In this document: positions 36,590-46,876 of the stretch, piece after piece | Numbering within the stretch: position 1 is the first letter of the stretch | Layout of the letters: every line of letters starts with the position of its first letter | Assembly (NCBI GenBank): GCA_034422655.1 | Contig: DAOUJN010000017.1 | Coordinates: 1,142 to 65,141 of the forward strand | Source: Dehalococcoidia bacterium | GTDB taxonomy: Bacteria > Chloroflexota > Dehalococcoidia > Lucifugimonadales > UBA3495 | Direction: 5' to 3' | DNA length: 64,000 nucleotides | Notes under the pieces: model-generated | Databases searched by the model: none | What the model was told of the DNA's origin: nothing | Seen by the model: only the letters and a program-made list of their open reading frames with translations | Translations under genes and position numbers: made by a program

Positions 36590-37672
36590 ATGATAGACAA
36601 GGATCGATTGGTCAATTCCTTCTGCGAGATGGTCAGCATAGACAGTCCGTCCGACGAGGAGGAAGAATTTGCCCAGCACCTTATCGCCCGGCTGACCAGG
36701 CTGGGTCTGAGCGTGGAGCGGGACGCCCACGGTAACGTTATAGCCTCGGAGCCCGGGGAACTGCCCCTGCTGCTCTCGGCCCACATGGACACCGTGGAGC
36801 CGGGTCGGGGAATCATTCCTGTTATCCAGGGAGACAGAATCGTTTCCCAGGGCAACACCATCCTGGGCGGGGACTGCAAGGCGGGCGTTGCGGCAATCAT
36901 GGAGGGGCTGGAATCGGTTATCGAGGAAGGCCTGCCCCACCGTCCCGTGCAGGTGGTCTTCACTCGCGGCGAAGAAATCGGTCTGGTGGGCGCCTCCAAC
37001 CTGGACTTCTCCATGATCCGCGCCCTGGAGTCAGTGGTGTTCGACGGCAATGGCCCGGTCAATACCATCACCGGGTCCAGCCCCAGCTACATGAGCTTTG
37101 ACGTTAATGTGACGGGCCGCGGCGCCCACGCTGGCGTTGAACCCGAGAAGGGCCTGTCCGCCATCCGCATCGTTTCGGAACTGATTCAGGAACTTCCCCA
37201 GGGTCGGTTGGACGAAGAAACTACCTTCAACGTAGGTTTGATTTCCGGCGGCACCGTGCGAAACGCCGTGCCGGTAGAGGCCTCCTTTGGTGGAGAATTT
37301 CGCAGCCGCAACACCGAAACCTTTGATCTGCTGAAGCTTCAGGTGCAGGATACCCTGCGCCGGGCCAGGAATAAGTACCAGGACGCCAAAATTGAGGAAG
37401 CCTTCGAGGTCATGTTCCGGATGTACCGGCTGGACCCGGACGAGGCCGTGGTTCGGATGGCCCGACGGGCTATGGAAGACTTGAAACTGAGGCCGGACAT
37501 CCGGCCCTCCGGCGGCGGCACCGACGGCAACGTCATGCGCCTCAAGGGAATCGAGAGCGTGGTTGTCGGTATGGCCACCAACGGAATGCACACGGTGGAC
37601 GAATACGTGGTCATTCCGGACCTGGTCGATACCGCCACCTTCTGCCGCCAGCTATTGACCGAAACCCGCTAA
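36590..37672 (+). CDS. M20 family metallopeptidase (peptidase T-like)
   Basis: SAHMDTV, LGGDCKAG, GEEIG, GGGTDGN, HTVDE. Confidence 0.92.
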   Translation: MIDKDRLVNSFCEMVSIDSPSDEEEEFAQHLIARLTRLGLSVERDAHGNVIASEPGELPLLLSAHMDTVEPGRGIIPVIQGDRIVSQGNTILGGDCKAGVAAIMEGLESVIEEGLPHRPVQVVFTRGEEIGLVGASNLDFSMIRALESVVFDGNGPVNTITGSSPSYMSFDVNVTGRGAHAGVEPEKGLSAIRIVSELIQELPQGRLDEETTFNVGLISGGTVRNAVPVEASFGGEFRSRNTETFDLLKLQVQDTLRRARNKYQDAKIEEAFEVMFRMYRLDPDEAVVRMARRAMEDLKLRPDIRPSGGGTDGNVMRLKGIESVVVGMATNGMHTVDEYVVIPDLVDTATFCRQLLTETR

Positions 37673-37779
37673 TACGGCACAAGTGGGTTCGCGAGCCCCC
37701 GCAGTTCCTGAATAATACGAGACAGGGCCCGGCAGCGCTCCGGGCCCCGTGGCTTTTCATCTTGGCAAGAACCTGGCAG

Positions 37780-37945
37780 CCTATCGCTATTCAAGCGACG
37801 AGTTACAAACCTGAATCGTCATTCCGGCGAAAGCCGGAATCCAGAAGGGTCGCCAAAGGTAAACGCAAAGCAAATGAACGATCCTGGATTCCGGCTTTCG
37901 CCGGAATGACGGTAAATCCCCAACCGATGACTTCTATGGCGATGG
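37780..37945 (+). mobile_element. ~167-bp MITE-like element enclosing two inverted CGTC REPs
   Basis: Flanks, REP halves (37817-37844, 37884-37911) and spacer all align with the copies at 62651-62817 and 63542-63710. Confidence 0.65.
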
Positions 37946-37949
37946 CCTG

Positions 37950-39083
37950 CTAGTCCCCATTCCGCAAGGTTGCTTCCAGTTCCCCCGCAAAAGCCTTCCG
38001 TTGCCAGACCCGTACCTCGGCGGCGCCCGCCTGCGCCAGTTCCCTTTCCCACGAATCGGGGTCTAAGGCCAGCCGCTCCAGGCTGGCGGCCGGCCATACC
38101 AGCGCCGGGTCCAGGCCCAGGGCGGCGCCCTTGTCCGAACGCCACTGCTTCAGTTTCTGCTGTCGGGCCTGGACTTCCCGGCTGGGCGGCGTGCGCCGGG
38201 GTCTTGGCGGTCGCTGGATGCCGGGGCCCCGCATTGCTTGCCGAATGCCCTCCCTCATACTGGCGCCCAACCGCCTCGCCAGGTGGGGCGAAAGGCCCGG
38301 AACATCTTCCAGGGGCGTGAGGGGGGCCTGGGCCAGGTGCAGCAGAGTGTCGTTGCCCATTACCCGGTAGGGAGGCTGGTCAATGCGCTCGGCTTCGGCT
38401 TCGCGCAGGTCAAACAGCGCCTTCAGGACCGCCAACTGCCGGGGCTCCAGGTGGCCGCTGCCCTTCACCCGGAGAAAGTCCGGCTCCGGCGGCGCGGCTG
38501 CATTCCGCCCGGTCGCTTCCAGGCGGGTGAACTCTTCCTCCACCCACTCCATGCGTTCCAGTTCCTGCAGCAGCCGGCGCTGCTTGTCTGCCAGGGCTAT
38601 GAGGTGACGCACGTCTGCGGCGGCGTAGGTAATGGCCTCGCCACTCAATGGCCGCAAGCCCCAGTTGGAGCGCTGCAAACGGCGGCTCTTGGGTATTTCA
38701 ACATCCAGGAATTCCTGCAGCACTGCGGCCAGGTTGGGGCTGACCATGCCCAGGAAACGGGCGCAGGTCTCGGTGTCAAACAGGCCGGCTACAGCAAAGC
38801 CGTACTCCCGGTGCAGGGAACGCAGGTCGTAGTCCGACCCGTGCATGACCTTCGTAACTGAAGCGTCGGCAAGGACGCTGCCCAGGGCGGTAAGGTCCGT
38901 AACTGCCAGCGGGTCCAGCAGGTACACTGCCTGGGAAGACGCTATCTGGATGAGGCAAATCCGCCCCCGGTAGGCGTACATGCTATTGGCTTCGGTGTCG
39001 ATGGCCAGCTCCGACGCACCGGAAAGCAGGCCGGCTACCCGGTCCCACTGGCCTTGGCTGGAAATTAGTTGTGGCTGTGTCAA
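37950..39083 (-). CDS. rnd: Ribonuclease D / HRDC-domain 3'-5' exonuclease
   Basis: AIDTEANS, CLIQIA, DTETCARFLG, SNWGLRPL, YAAADV; HRDC domains. Confidence 0.88.
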   Translation of the reverse strand: MTQPQLISSQGQWDRVAGLLSGASELAIDTEANSMYAYRGRICLIQIASSQAVYLLDPLAVTDLTALGSVLADASVTKVMHGSDYDLRSLHREYGFAVAGLFDTETCARFLGMVSPNLAAVLQEFLDVEIPKSRRLQRSNWGLRPLSGEAITYAAADVRHLIALADKQRRLLQELERMEWVEEEFTRLEATGRNAAAPPEPDFLRVKGSGHLEPRQLAVLKALFDLREAEAERIDQPPYRVMGNDTLLHLAQAPLTPLEDVPGLSPHLARRLGASMREGIRQAMRGPGIQRPPRPRRTPPSREVQARQQKLKQWRSDKGAALGLDPALVWPAASLERLALDPDSWERELAQAGAAEVRVWQRKAFAGELEATLRNGD

Positions 39084-39232
39084 ACGGTCTCCAGGTCCCG
39101 GTTCAAGCTGCTTTCGAAAATGGATTATATCAAGGTTTCCGGCCCCTCTACCCGGTGCTATACTTGGCCGGCCAGTACGCCGCCCGGAAACGGGGTGTTG
39201 CCTGGCGTTAACTAACGCAACCGGAGGACTCG

Positions 39233-40015
39233 ATGAACGGAGCAGAACTAAAGGCCACCCTGGCCGCCGGCGGCCGGGTTTTTGGCAGCATGATTACCCA
39301 TGGCCGCAATCCCCGCTGGGTGGAAGCCCTGGGCGGCATCGGGCTGGATTACGTCGTAATTGACACCGAGCACGGGCCCCGCAGCAGGGCGGAAATGGCG
39401 GACTACCTGGCCGCCTTCGCCAACTCGCCGGTGGTGCCCATCGTGCGTATTCCCATACCCACGTCCCACTACGTTACCATGGCCCTCGACGCCGGCGCCC
39501 AGGGCATCCTCGCCCCCTACTGCGAAACAGTGGAGGAGGTGAAGGAGGTCATCGGCGCCGCCAAGTGGCGTCCCCTCAAGGGCGACGCGGTCCGGCAGTT
39601 AATGGAGACGGGCGAGCACGTCAGCGACGCTACCCGCGCCTACCTGGAAAACCGCAATCGGAACACGGTAGCGATAATCGGCATCGAAAGCGTCCAGGCG
39701 GTCGACAACCTGGAGGAAATCCTCAAGGTGCCCGGCATCGACGGCATCTTCGTCGGCCCCAACGACATGAGCATCTCCATAGGATTCCCCGACCAGTACG
39801 ACCGGCCCGAATACCAGGAAATCGTCAAGAAGGTTATCGACACCTCCGAAGCCCACGGCATCCCCACCCTGGTACACCACCAGACCGCCGACCTGTCAGC
39901 CCACTGGGTGCGGCAGGGCGCCCGCTTCGTCCTCCACACCACCGACCGTCGTACCCTGGCCGAAGCCTACCGCCGGGACTTCGCCGCCCTGCGGGACGTG
40001 GCGGGAGAGGGCTAG
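39233..40015 (+). CDS. HpcH/HpaI aldolase family protein
   Basis: IDTEHG, ALDAGAQGILAP, IESVQAVDNLEEI, FVGPNDMS. Confidence 0.92.
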   Translation: MNGAELKATLAAGGRVFGSMITHGRNPRWVEALGGIGLDYVVIDTEHGPRSRAEMADYLAAFANSPVVPIVRIPIPTSHYVTMALDAGAQGILAPYCETVEEVKEVIGAAKWRPLKGDAVRQLMETGEHVSDATRAYLENRNRNTVAIIGIESVQAVDNLEEILKVPGIDGIFVGPNDMSISIGFPDQYDRPEYQEIVKKVIDTSEAHGIPTLVHHQTADLSAHWVRQGARFVLHTTDRRTLAEAYRRDFAALRDVAGEG

Positions 40016-40066
40016 TGATCAGGTATTGAACCAGTGGGAATCTGGGCTAACCTGGTCTCGAAGAGT

Positions 40067-40095
40067 GTAGGGGCGGGTTTCAAACCCGCCCCTAC
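40067..40095. repeat. GTAG-type REP palindrome (perfect)
   Basis: GTAGGGGCGGGTTT-C-AAACCCGCCCCTAC. Confidence 0.88.
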
Positions 40096-40167
40096 GAATT
40101 CACAAACTATCTGCGGGGAACGCAATCACCTTGATACCTTCGCGCTTGCTGGAGTGTGAGCATTGCC

Positions 40168-40464
40168 TCAAGAAGCCCCCGGCGTCTCCCACCGGCGCCG
40201 CAACGAATCCACGTACACCCGCTCGTAGTCACCGTGGTGGCCCGTGTGGAAAGCCTCGGCAAGCTGCTCCGCCCAAAGGTATTCCACGTCCTCCCAGCGG
40301 ATGGGATAGGGAGGCTGGTCGAAGAAGTTGGTTACGGCCTCCCTGGGGTCGGCGGCGTAGCCATAGCCCATCATCTGAAAGTTATCGTAGTGGTTGCCGT
40401 GCTGGGAAACGAACCGCCCCTTCATGGCAGCCAGAATTACGAAGGCAGGCATCTCAGTCTCCAT
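40168..40464 (-). CDS. Hypothetical protein
   Basis: 98-aa ORF from ATG 40464 with protein-like composition. Confidence 0.6.
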   Translation of the reverse strand: METEMPAFVILAAMKGRFVSQHGNHYDNFQMMGYGYAADPREAVTNFFDQPPYPIRWEDVEYLWAEQLAEAFHTGHHGDYERVYVDSLRRRWETPGAS

Positions 40465-40552
40465 CAGGCCCTTGCGGCCCAATGAAAATGGGTATCCCCT
40501 GACCCGATTATCCCGACAACGCATCCGGACAACGCAGCCATAGGCGCAAATC

Positions 40553-41707
40553 CTACCGGGCAAAAATCTGCACGGTCGTTACGTCGCCCGCCCCGGAACA
40601 CTGGGCCAGCCCCACCCGCGCGTTGCTGACCTGCCTCGGCCCCGCCTCGCCGCGCAGTTGGGTCACCGTTTCGTGCACCATGCGGATGCCCGTGGCCCCG
40701 AAGGGATGGCCCATGGCCAGCAGGCCCCCGTCGGTGTTGACCGGCAGGTCGCCCGTAAGCGCTGTGCGTCCCTCCGCCGTGGCCCGCCAGGCCTCGCCTA
40801 TTGGAAACAGTTGCAATGCCTCGATTTGCTGCAACTCGCCGATGGTGGCGGCGTCGTGCACCTGCACCAGGTCCACGTCCTCCGGCCCCAGCCCGCTCAT
40901 CTCGTAGGCTTGGATGGCCGCCGGTTCGGTGCGATATGGACTGAACGCCGAGTGGTCGCTGCCCCGCCCATTGTAATTGCCCGAAGTCAGCGCCGCGGCC
41001 ACCACCCGGATGGCGCGGCTTTCGTCCAGTCCGTAGCGGCCCAGGGCATCCCGGGCGCAGAGCACCGCCGCCGCCGAACCCTCGCTGGTGGGGCAGCACT
41101 GGTACAGGGTCAGTGGGTCGGCAATAGGCCTGGAGGACAGCACGTCCTCCACCGTAAAGGTGTCCTTGCGGTGGGCGTAGGGATTCAGGGAGGCGTTCTG
41201 CCGGGCCTTGACCGTTACCTGGGCCAGGGCCGACGCCGGCGCCCCCGTCTCCTCCATGTACCGGCGCATCCGCAGGGCGTAGCCGGCCATCATGTGGTCG
41301 CCCCCAATGTACCGCTCGGGGCTGTCGGCGGCGGTGACGGTAACCGGCCCGCCGGGCACCTTCTCCGCCCCGAAAGCCAGGGCCACGTCGTACATTCCCG
41401 TGGTTATGCCCCAGTACGCCTGCCAGAAGGCGGTCGAACCGCTGGAGCAGGCGTTCTCCACGTTGATAATGGGGATTCCCGTCAGCCCCAGGCTGCCCAG
41501 GGCCGTTTCCCCTACCGACATGCCGTGGTAGTACACGTGGCCGAAGTAAGCCACCGGAATGTCCCTCCAGCCAATGCCGCAGTCTTTCAGCGCCTCCACC
41601 ACCGCTTCCCGGGCCAGGGTGGCCAGGTCCTTGTCGCGGAAGCGGCCAAAGGGGTGCAGGCCCACGCCCACCACCATCACTTCTCGTTGGGGCTTGAACT
41701 GTGCCAC
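40553..41707 (-). CDS. Thiolase family protein (SCP-x type)
   Basis: NVENACSSGS, HDAAT, GHPFGATG; GTG after AGGAGG. Confidence 0.92.
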   Translation of the reverse strand: MAQFKPQREVMVVGVGLHPFGRFRDKDLATLAREAVVEALKDCGIGWRDIPVAYFGHVYYHGMSVGETALGSLGLTGIPIINVENACSSGSTAFWQAYWGITTGMYDVALAFGAEKVPGGPVTVTAADSPERYIGGDHMMAGYALRMRRYMEETGAPASALAQVTVKARQNASLNPYAHRKDTFTVEDVLSSRPIADPLTLYQCCPTSEGSAAAVLCARDALGRYGLDESRAIRVVAAALTSGNYNGRGSDHSAFSPYRTEPAAIQAYEMSGLGPEDVDLVQVHDAATIGELQQIEALQLFPIGEAWRATAEGRTALTGDLPVNTDGGLLAMGHPFGATGIRMVHETVTQLRGEAGPRQVSNARVGLAQCSGAGDVTTVQIFAR

Positions 41708-41709
41708 AG

Positions 41710-42168
41710 CTATGCCTCCTCCGATTCTGCTTCCGCCCCGGTTGCCGGCGCCCACTTGTACACCATCAGGGCAGGGCCCGTCTCGCCGCCGGACCGTACC
41801 TCCTGGAGGGCCAGCCGCACGTCCATGCCGATTTTCAAGTCCCCGTGAGCTACGTCAATTACCTCGGCCAGAATGTGGGGCCCCTCCGGCACTTCAACCT
41901 CGCCCAGGACGTAGGGAACGGGTCCGGGCCACCCATCGGGCGGCACCCTGACGATAGTGTAGCTGTAGAGCGTGCCGGTGCGGCTCAAGTCAACCGCTTC
42001 CAGGCGAGCGGAAGAGCAGGCCTGGCAGAAGACGGCCTGGCCAAATACGCAAACCCCGCAGTCCAGGCACCTCATCCCAATGAGGGTGCCCTGTTCCCCC
42101 CCGCCTGCATCAAGACGCAGCCTGCCGGGGTCTACCGATTTGGTTGTACTTTGAGCGGGCTGGGTCAA
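41710..42168 (-). CDS. DUF35 Zn-ribbon/OB-fold protein (thiolase partner)
   Basis: CLDC...CQAC, GTLYSYTIV, IGMDVRL; TTG 42168 after GGAG. Confidence 0.88.
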   Translation of the reverse strand: MTQPAQSTTKSVDPGRLRLDAGGGEQGTLIGMRCLDCGVCVFGQAVFCQACSSARLEAVDLSRTGTLYSYTIVRVPPDGWPGPVPYVLGEVEVPEGPHILAEVIDVAHGDLKIGMDVRLALQEVRSGGETGPALMVYKWAPATGAEAESEEA

Positions 42169-42394
42169 GGTGTTCGTCTCCCCCCGTACTTTCCGTTGGG
42201 AAAGGGATTTCAGGTTAGTTGAGGGCCATTTGGCTGTCAACCGCCAGTTGAGCGCCTGCAAGCCGAGAACCCGCTTTTCTTGCCTTGTCCTTGGCCTTGC
42301 CGCTAATATGGGGCGAGCAGACAAGGAAATGTTCCATCTATGGACTGCCGCTTAACCAGGGCTGGCAGGTCGGCTCGCTAATAGGGAGGAAATA

Positions 42395-43222
42395 ATGCCG
42401 GAAGCAAGCATCCACGGTTTCCGCATGTACTACGAGACCCACGGTTCCGGCGTTCCCCTGGTGATGATTCACGGCGGCCTCGGCGGCGGCGAAGGCTGCG
42501 CCCAGATGATGGAGCATCACGCCGAAATCCTGTCTGCCAGCTTCCAGCTTATTTCCTACGACCGGCGCGCCGCCGGCCGCTCGGAAACGCCGGTTGACGG
42601 CTACTCCATCCCCAACTACGCCGATGACCTGCGGGCGCTTCTGGACCACCTGGGCATTGCCCGGGCCCACATCCTTGGCTCCTCCGCCGGCGGCCCCATA
42701 GCCCTGCAGTTCGCCCTGGAACACCCGGACCGGACCCTGTCCCTGCTCCTGATAAACACCATGACCTACGTCCAGGAGTCGGAGCGGGAGGTGCGGCAGC
42801 GGGAGTTGGACGAGATCAAGCAGACCCTGGCCGCCAACGGCAAGGAGGCCGCCGTAGAGGCCGGCCTGAACAGTCGCTGGCCCGGCATGAGTCAATCGGA
42901 TCCGGCCCAATTTGCCAGGCTGAAGGCCATAAACCTGGAACAGTTCGACGGCATTGTAAAGACCATCCAGAGCTACCTCGATATCCAGGACTCGCTGGAA
43001 TCCAGGCTGCACGAACTCACCATGCCCAGCATGATCGTTCATGGCGACGCCGACAGTCGCATCAACATAATGTGCGGCCTGCAACTGCACCAGGGCATCG
43101 CCGGCTCCGAGTTCCACGTAATACCCGGCGCCGAGCATGGTCTGCTCACCAACGAAGCCCGCCGCACCCGGGGTCTCATAGAAGAATTCCTGGCCGAAAC
43201 CGCGGCGCAGCTGAGGATATAG
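42395..43222 (+). CDS. Alpha/beta hydrolase
   Basis: HGGLG, GSSAGG nucleophile elbow, HGDAD, AEHG. Confidence 0.9.
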   Translation: MPEASIHGFRMYYETHGSGVPLVMIHGGLGGGEGCAQMMEHHAEILSASFQLISYDRRAAGRSETPVDGYSIPNYADDLRALLDHLGIARAHILGSSAGGPIALQFALEHPDRTLSLLLINTMTYVQESEREVRQRELDEIKQTLAANGKEAAVEAGLNSRWPGMSQSDPAQFARLKAINLEQFDGIVKTIQSYLDIQDSLESRLHELTMPSMIVHGDADSRINIMCGLQLHQGIAGSEFHVIPGAEHGLLTNEARRTRGLIEEFLAETAAQLRI

Positions 43223-43226
43223 GGAA

Positions 43227-43266
43227 TCCCTTCCCCCTTGACGGGGGAAGGTCAGAATGGGGGTGA
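43227..43266 (+). repeat. CCCTTCCCCCTTGACGGGGGAAGG-family repeat
   Basis: 5 nt after the hydrolase stop codon. Confidence 0.85.
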
Positions 43267-43370
43267 GTCGAAATGTTGCCCATCCCAAGCCTTTAATGGC
43301 ACCCATTAGTGAACATTCGTCCGCCGCGGCGGATTCGTGGAAGACATAAGAGATAAAAGAGGTAAACCTG

Positions 43371-43778
43371 ATGGCCACCACCGCAATAGACCATATTGCC
43401 ATGCCCACCGCAAATGCGGAAAAACTCATCGAATTCTACAAGCGCCTGGGCTTCACCATCAACGATGAGGACAAATGGCGCAGCGGCGAGGCGGGAATCT
43501 TCTCCATCCAGATTGGCGATTCCAAGATAAACGTCCACCCCGAGGGCTACACCGCCACCCTGCGCGGCAACACCGCCGTACCCGGCTGCACCGACATCTG
43601 CTTCGTCTGGGAAGGCACCGCCGAGGAGTGCCAGCAAATGCTGGCCGATGCCGGCGTGGAGGTCATCCGTGGCCCGGGTCCCCGCCGGGGCGCCAGGGCA
43701 GGCGGCGGCCTCCCCGCAGTCAGCCTCTACGCCCGCGACCCGGACGACAACCTGCTGGAATGGATGATTTACCTGTGA
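43371..43778 (+). CDS. VOC/glyoxalase family protein
   Basis: IDHIAMP, SLYARDPDDNLLEW. Confidence 0.9.
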   Translation: MATTAIDHIAMPTANAEKLIEFYKRLGFTINDEDKWRSGEAGIFSIQIGDSKINVHPEGYTATLRGNTAVPGCTDICFVWEGTAEECQQMLADAGVEVIRGPGPRRGARAGGGLPAVSLYARDPDDNLLEWMIYL

Positions 43779-43810
43779 CCAGCAATACCCAGCCACCATA
43801 CAGCCTGCCC

Positions 43811-43878
43811 CACCGCAAAGGTGCAGAGGAACAAAGGGGCTCTCTGCGAAACTCCGCGCCCTCCGCTTCTCTGTGGTG
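43811..43878. repeat. ACAGAG-periodic inverted repeat (degenerate copy)
   Basis: CACCGCAAAGGTGCAGAG...CTCTGCGAAACTCCGCGCCCTCCGCTTCTCTGTGGTG resembles 26068-26142. Confidence 0.65.
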
Positions 43879-43943
43879 AATTTCTCTGGGCAGAAGGCCC
43901 GGCAACGAATCCCCCAATATTCATGAGATAAGGACGTAACAAC

Positions 43944-45623
43944 ATGCCAACAATGACCGGTAAGGAAGCCCTGGCCCAAATGCTGGCAGCCGAAGGCGTG
44001 GAATATATTTTCGGCAACCCGGGCACCAGCGAAACCCCCTTCCTGGACGTGCTCCAGGACTACCCCAGCCTGCGGTACATCCAGGCCCTGCAGGAGGGAA
44101 CCGCCGTGGGCATGGCCGACGGCTACGCCCGGGCCACCGGCAAGCCGGCCTTCGCCAACATCCACATCGCCGGGGGCCTGGCCAACGGCATCAGCGCCCT
44201 GTACAACGCCTACCGGGGCGGCACACCCCTTGTTCTGACCGCCGGCAACTCGGACACCCGCATGCTCTTGAGCGACCCGGTGCTGTCCGGCGACCTGGTG
44301 GAGATGACCCAGCAGTTCACCAAGTGGAGCGCGGAAATTCCCCACGCCGGCAACATCCCCATGGCCGTGCGGCGGGCTTTCAAGGAGGCCATCACTCCGC
44401 CGGTGGGCCCCGTCTTTCTCTCCTTCCCCTGGGACACCATGGACGAGGAGGTGGACGTTGACATAACCCCGTCCTCGACTGGCTACTACCGGATGCGCCC
44501 GGACCCGGCCGCCGTCAGCAGCGCGGTGGAACTGCTGGCCCAGGCCGAGAATCCCGTTATCGTCATTGGCGACCGGGTGGGGCAGTCGGGCGGCGGCGCC
44601 GAACTGGTACGGGTGGCCGAGCTTCTGGGCGCCAAGGTCTATGCCAGTTCCTACACCTACTCGGAAATCAGCTTTCCCCTGGACCACGGCCAGTTCGCGG
44701 GAATTCTCAACCTGAACAGTTCCGCCACCCGGCGGCAACTGGCCGAGGCAGACGTGGTCTTCGCCGTGGGCACCAACGTCTTTTCCTCCTTCCTCTATGT
44801 ACCCGAACCCTTCCTGTCCGCCGGCACCAGGCTGGTGCACATGGACAATAACCTTAAGGAGATCGAAAAGGTCTATCCCACCGACGTGGGCATTCCCTGC
44901 GACCCCAAAGCCGGCCTGGCCGAACTGGCCGAGGCGCTGGATGCGGAAATGTCCGCCCCGGCGCGGGAGGCGGCCGCCACCCGTGCCGCAACCCTGGGAG
45001 ACGCTAAGCGCCAGGCCCGGGCCGAATACCTGCGCCGGATGCAGGCCATGCCAGATACCCGTCCCATGCCCGTGGACCGGATGATGTACGAGCTTTCCCG
45101 GGCCCTGCCGGAAAACGCCATCATCGCCGACGAGGCCATCACGTCCAGGGGGGCGTTGCTCCAGGCCGTTGAGCCGTCGGAGCCGGGCAGCTACTACGCC
45201 ATACGCGGCGGCGCCCTGGGGTGGGCCATGCCGGGCTCCCTGGGCATTCAGCTGGCCAACCCGGACCGTCCTGTGGTGGCCGTGGTTGGCGACGGCGCAT
45301 CCATGTACACCGTGCAGGCCCTGTGGACGGCGGCCCGCTACAACATCCCCGTAACCTACGCCATCTGCAACAACCGCTCCTACCGCATCCTCAAGGTCAA
45401 CATGGACGTTTACCTGCGGAACATGCTGGAGGACAGCCGGCGGGACAGCGAATACGTGGGTATGGACTTCGCAACCGCCCTGCCCCTGGCAGAGGTGGCC
45501 GAGGCTATGGGCGTTGCTGGCCGCAACGTGGAAGACCCGGCGGAACTGCGTCCTGCGCTGGAACAGGCCATCGGCAGCGGCAAGCCTTCGGTAATCAACG
45601 TGAGTATCGACGGTTCGCTGTAA
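43944..45623 (+). CDS. Thiamine-diphosphate enzyme, benzoylformate decarboxylase-like
   Basis: FGNPGTSETP, LQEGTAVGMADGYA, GDGASMY...CNN ThDP motif. Confidence 0.92.
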   Translation: MPTMTGKEALAQMLAAEGVEYIFGNPGTSETPFLDVLQDYPSLRYIQALQEGTAVGMADGYARATGKPAFANIHIAGGLANGISALYNAYRGGTPLVLTAGNSDTRMLLSDPVLSGDLVEMTQQFTKWSAEIPHAGNIPMAVRRAFKEAITPPVGPVFLSFPWDTMDEEVDVDITPSSTGYYRMRPDPAAVSSAVELLAQAENPVIVIGDRVGQSGGGAELVRVAELLGAKVYASSYTYSEISFPLDHGQFAGILNLNSSATRRQLAEADVVFAVGTNVFSSFLYVPEPFLSAGTRLVHMDNNLKEIEKVYPTDVGIPCDPKAGLAELAEALDAEMSAPAREAAATRAATLGDAKRQARAEYLRRMQAMPDTRPMPVDRMMYELSRALPENAIIADEAITSRGALLQAVEPSEPGSYYAIRGGALGWAMPGSLGIQLANPDRPVVAVVGDGASMYTVQALWTAARYNIPVTYAICNNRSYRILKVNMDVYLRNMLEDSRRDSEYVGMDFATALPLAEVAEAMGVAGRNVEDPAELRPALEQAIGSGKPSVINVSIDGSL

Positions 45624-45631
45624 CGGCCTTG

Positions 45632-45710
45632 CGCCAAGAGGCGCAGAGGCCCGGAGTTTCACAGAGGGCATTTACTCTCTATGAATCTCCGGGTCTCTGC
45701 GTCTCCCGCG
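45632..45710. repeat. ACAGAG-periodic inverted repeat (degenerate copy)
   Basis: CGCCAAGAGGCGCAGAGGCCCGGAG...CTCCGGGTCTCTGCGTCTCCCGCG between convergent genes. Confidence 0.6.
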
Positions 45711-45719
45711 AAAAATGAC

Positions 45720-46196
45720 CTACTCGCCCATCCCCAACGCCACAATCTCGTCCCAGTCCGGCTTGTCCACCGGCTGAATTGAAAGGCGCACCCCACGTTT
45801 CACTACCATCATGCCCTGCAGCTTGGGGTTGTCCTTGATTTCCTGGAGCGTAACGGGACGGGCAAATTCCTGGTCGGCCTGGATGTCCACCATAAGCCAG
45901 GTAGGGTCGTCCGGGTTGCTCTTGGGGTCGTAATACTTGGCGCCCACCTGCCAGGCGGTATTGTCGGGATAGGCCTCCCGGACTATTCGCGCGGTGCCGA
46001 TGACCGCCGTGGGCTTGGCGCTGCTGTGATAGAAGAGCACGCCGTCTCCCACCTTCATCTCGTCCCGCATGAAATTCCGCACCTGGTAGTTGCGGACACC
46101 GTCCCACTCGGCAACCCGGTTTTCTTCGCCCAACAGGTCCTGGAAGGAGTAGTTGGTAGGCTCAGACTTGAAGAGCCAGTAACGTTTCTCTGCCAT
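45720..46196 (-). CDS. EVE domain-containing protein
   Basis: YWLFKSEP, WDGVRNYQVRNFMR, VLFYHS, RLSIQPV. Confidence 0.95.
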   Translation of the reverse strand: MAEKRYWLFKSEPTNYSFQDLLGEENRVAEWDGVRNYQVRNFMRDEMKVGDGVLFYHSSAKPTAVIGTARIVREAYPDNTAWQVGAKYYDPKSNPDDPTWLMVDIQADQEFARPVTLQEIKDNPKLQGMMVVKRGVRLSIQPVDKPDWDEIVALGMGE

Positions 46197-46321
46197 GTCA
46201 AAGTTCCTTCTGGCAAATTGGGGGAATCCCGCCCAAACCCGTCGTTCCCGCCAAGACGGGAACCTCGCCGGGGTCTAAACGGCGGGCACGGCTGCTTGCC
46301 TGTCAGTTCAGGGCAAGGCTC

Positions 46322-46669
46322 CTACAGGGCTATTTCCCCTTCCTCGCCCGTGCGGATGCGGATGGCGTTGGCCACGGGACTGATGAATATCTTGCCGTCG
46401 CCGATGTTGCCCGTGCGGGCCTTTTCGATAATGATGTCCACTGCCTTCTGCGTATCCTCGTCCCTGACCACGGTTTCCAGCTTCACCTTGGGCAGCATGT
46501 CAATGACGTAGCTGCCGGCGACGCCCCTGGGGCCGCCCACTTCGATGCCCCTTTGAGCGCCGCGGCCCGTTACCTGGGCCACGTTGATTCCGGTCACACC
46601 CGCTTCTGCCAGCGCATCTTTAACCGCATTCAGCATTTCCGGTCGGATTATGGCTTCAACCTTGTTCAT
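46322..46669 (-). CDS. glnB: P-II family nitrogen regulator
   Basis: KVEAIIRP, GRGAQRG, LPKVKLE, GNIGDGKIFISPV, IRTGEEG. Confidence 0.93.
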   Translation of the reverse strand: MNKVEAIIRPEMLNAVKDALAEAGVTGINVAQVTGRGAQRGIEVGGPRGVAGSYVIDMLPKVKLETVVRDEDTQKAVDIIIEKARTGNIGDGKIFISPVANAIRIRTGEEGEIAL

Positions 46670-46876
46670 TTCACCCTCGCCTGCGTCCAGTTTTTGTGAG
46701 TGTAATACGCAACGGTACCCCGACGCCCCACACTAACCAGATTATAGCGGATTTGGGGGACTTCTGAACGGGTCATCTGCTGCGTCCAAATGCGTGTACT
46801 GCGCTCAAAGACCGTATCTGCGAATTGACCTGCTGCATTCCGCTTGGAAACCGGAATGGTTCCATTGGGAGTGTCA

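Noticed and set aside
43293-45671. 792-aa - strand ORF
   Set aside because: Antisense shadow of the VOC and ThDP-enzyme genes.
46670-46876. Nitrogen-regulator binding site upstream of glnB
   Set aside because: Only a TATAAT -10 element is visible; no convincing GlnR/NtrC/sigma54 motif.
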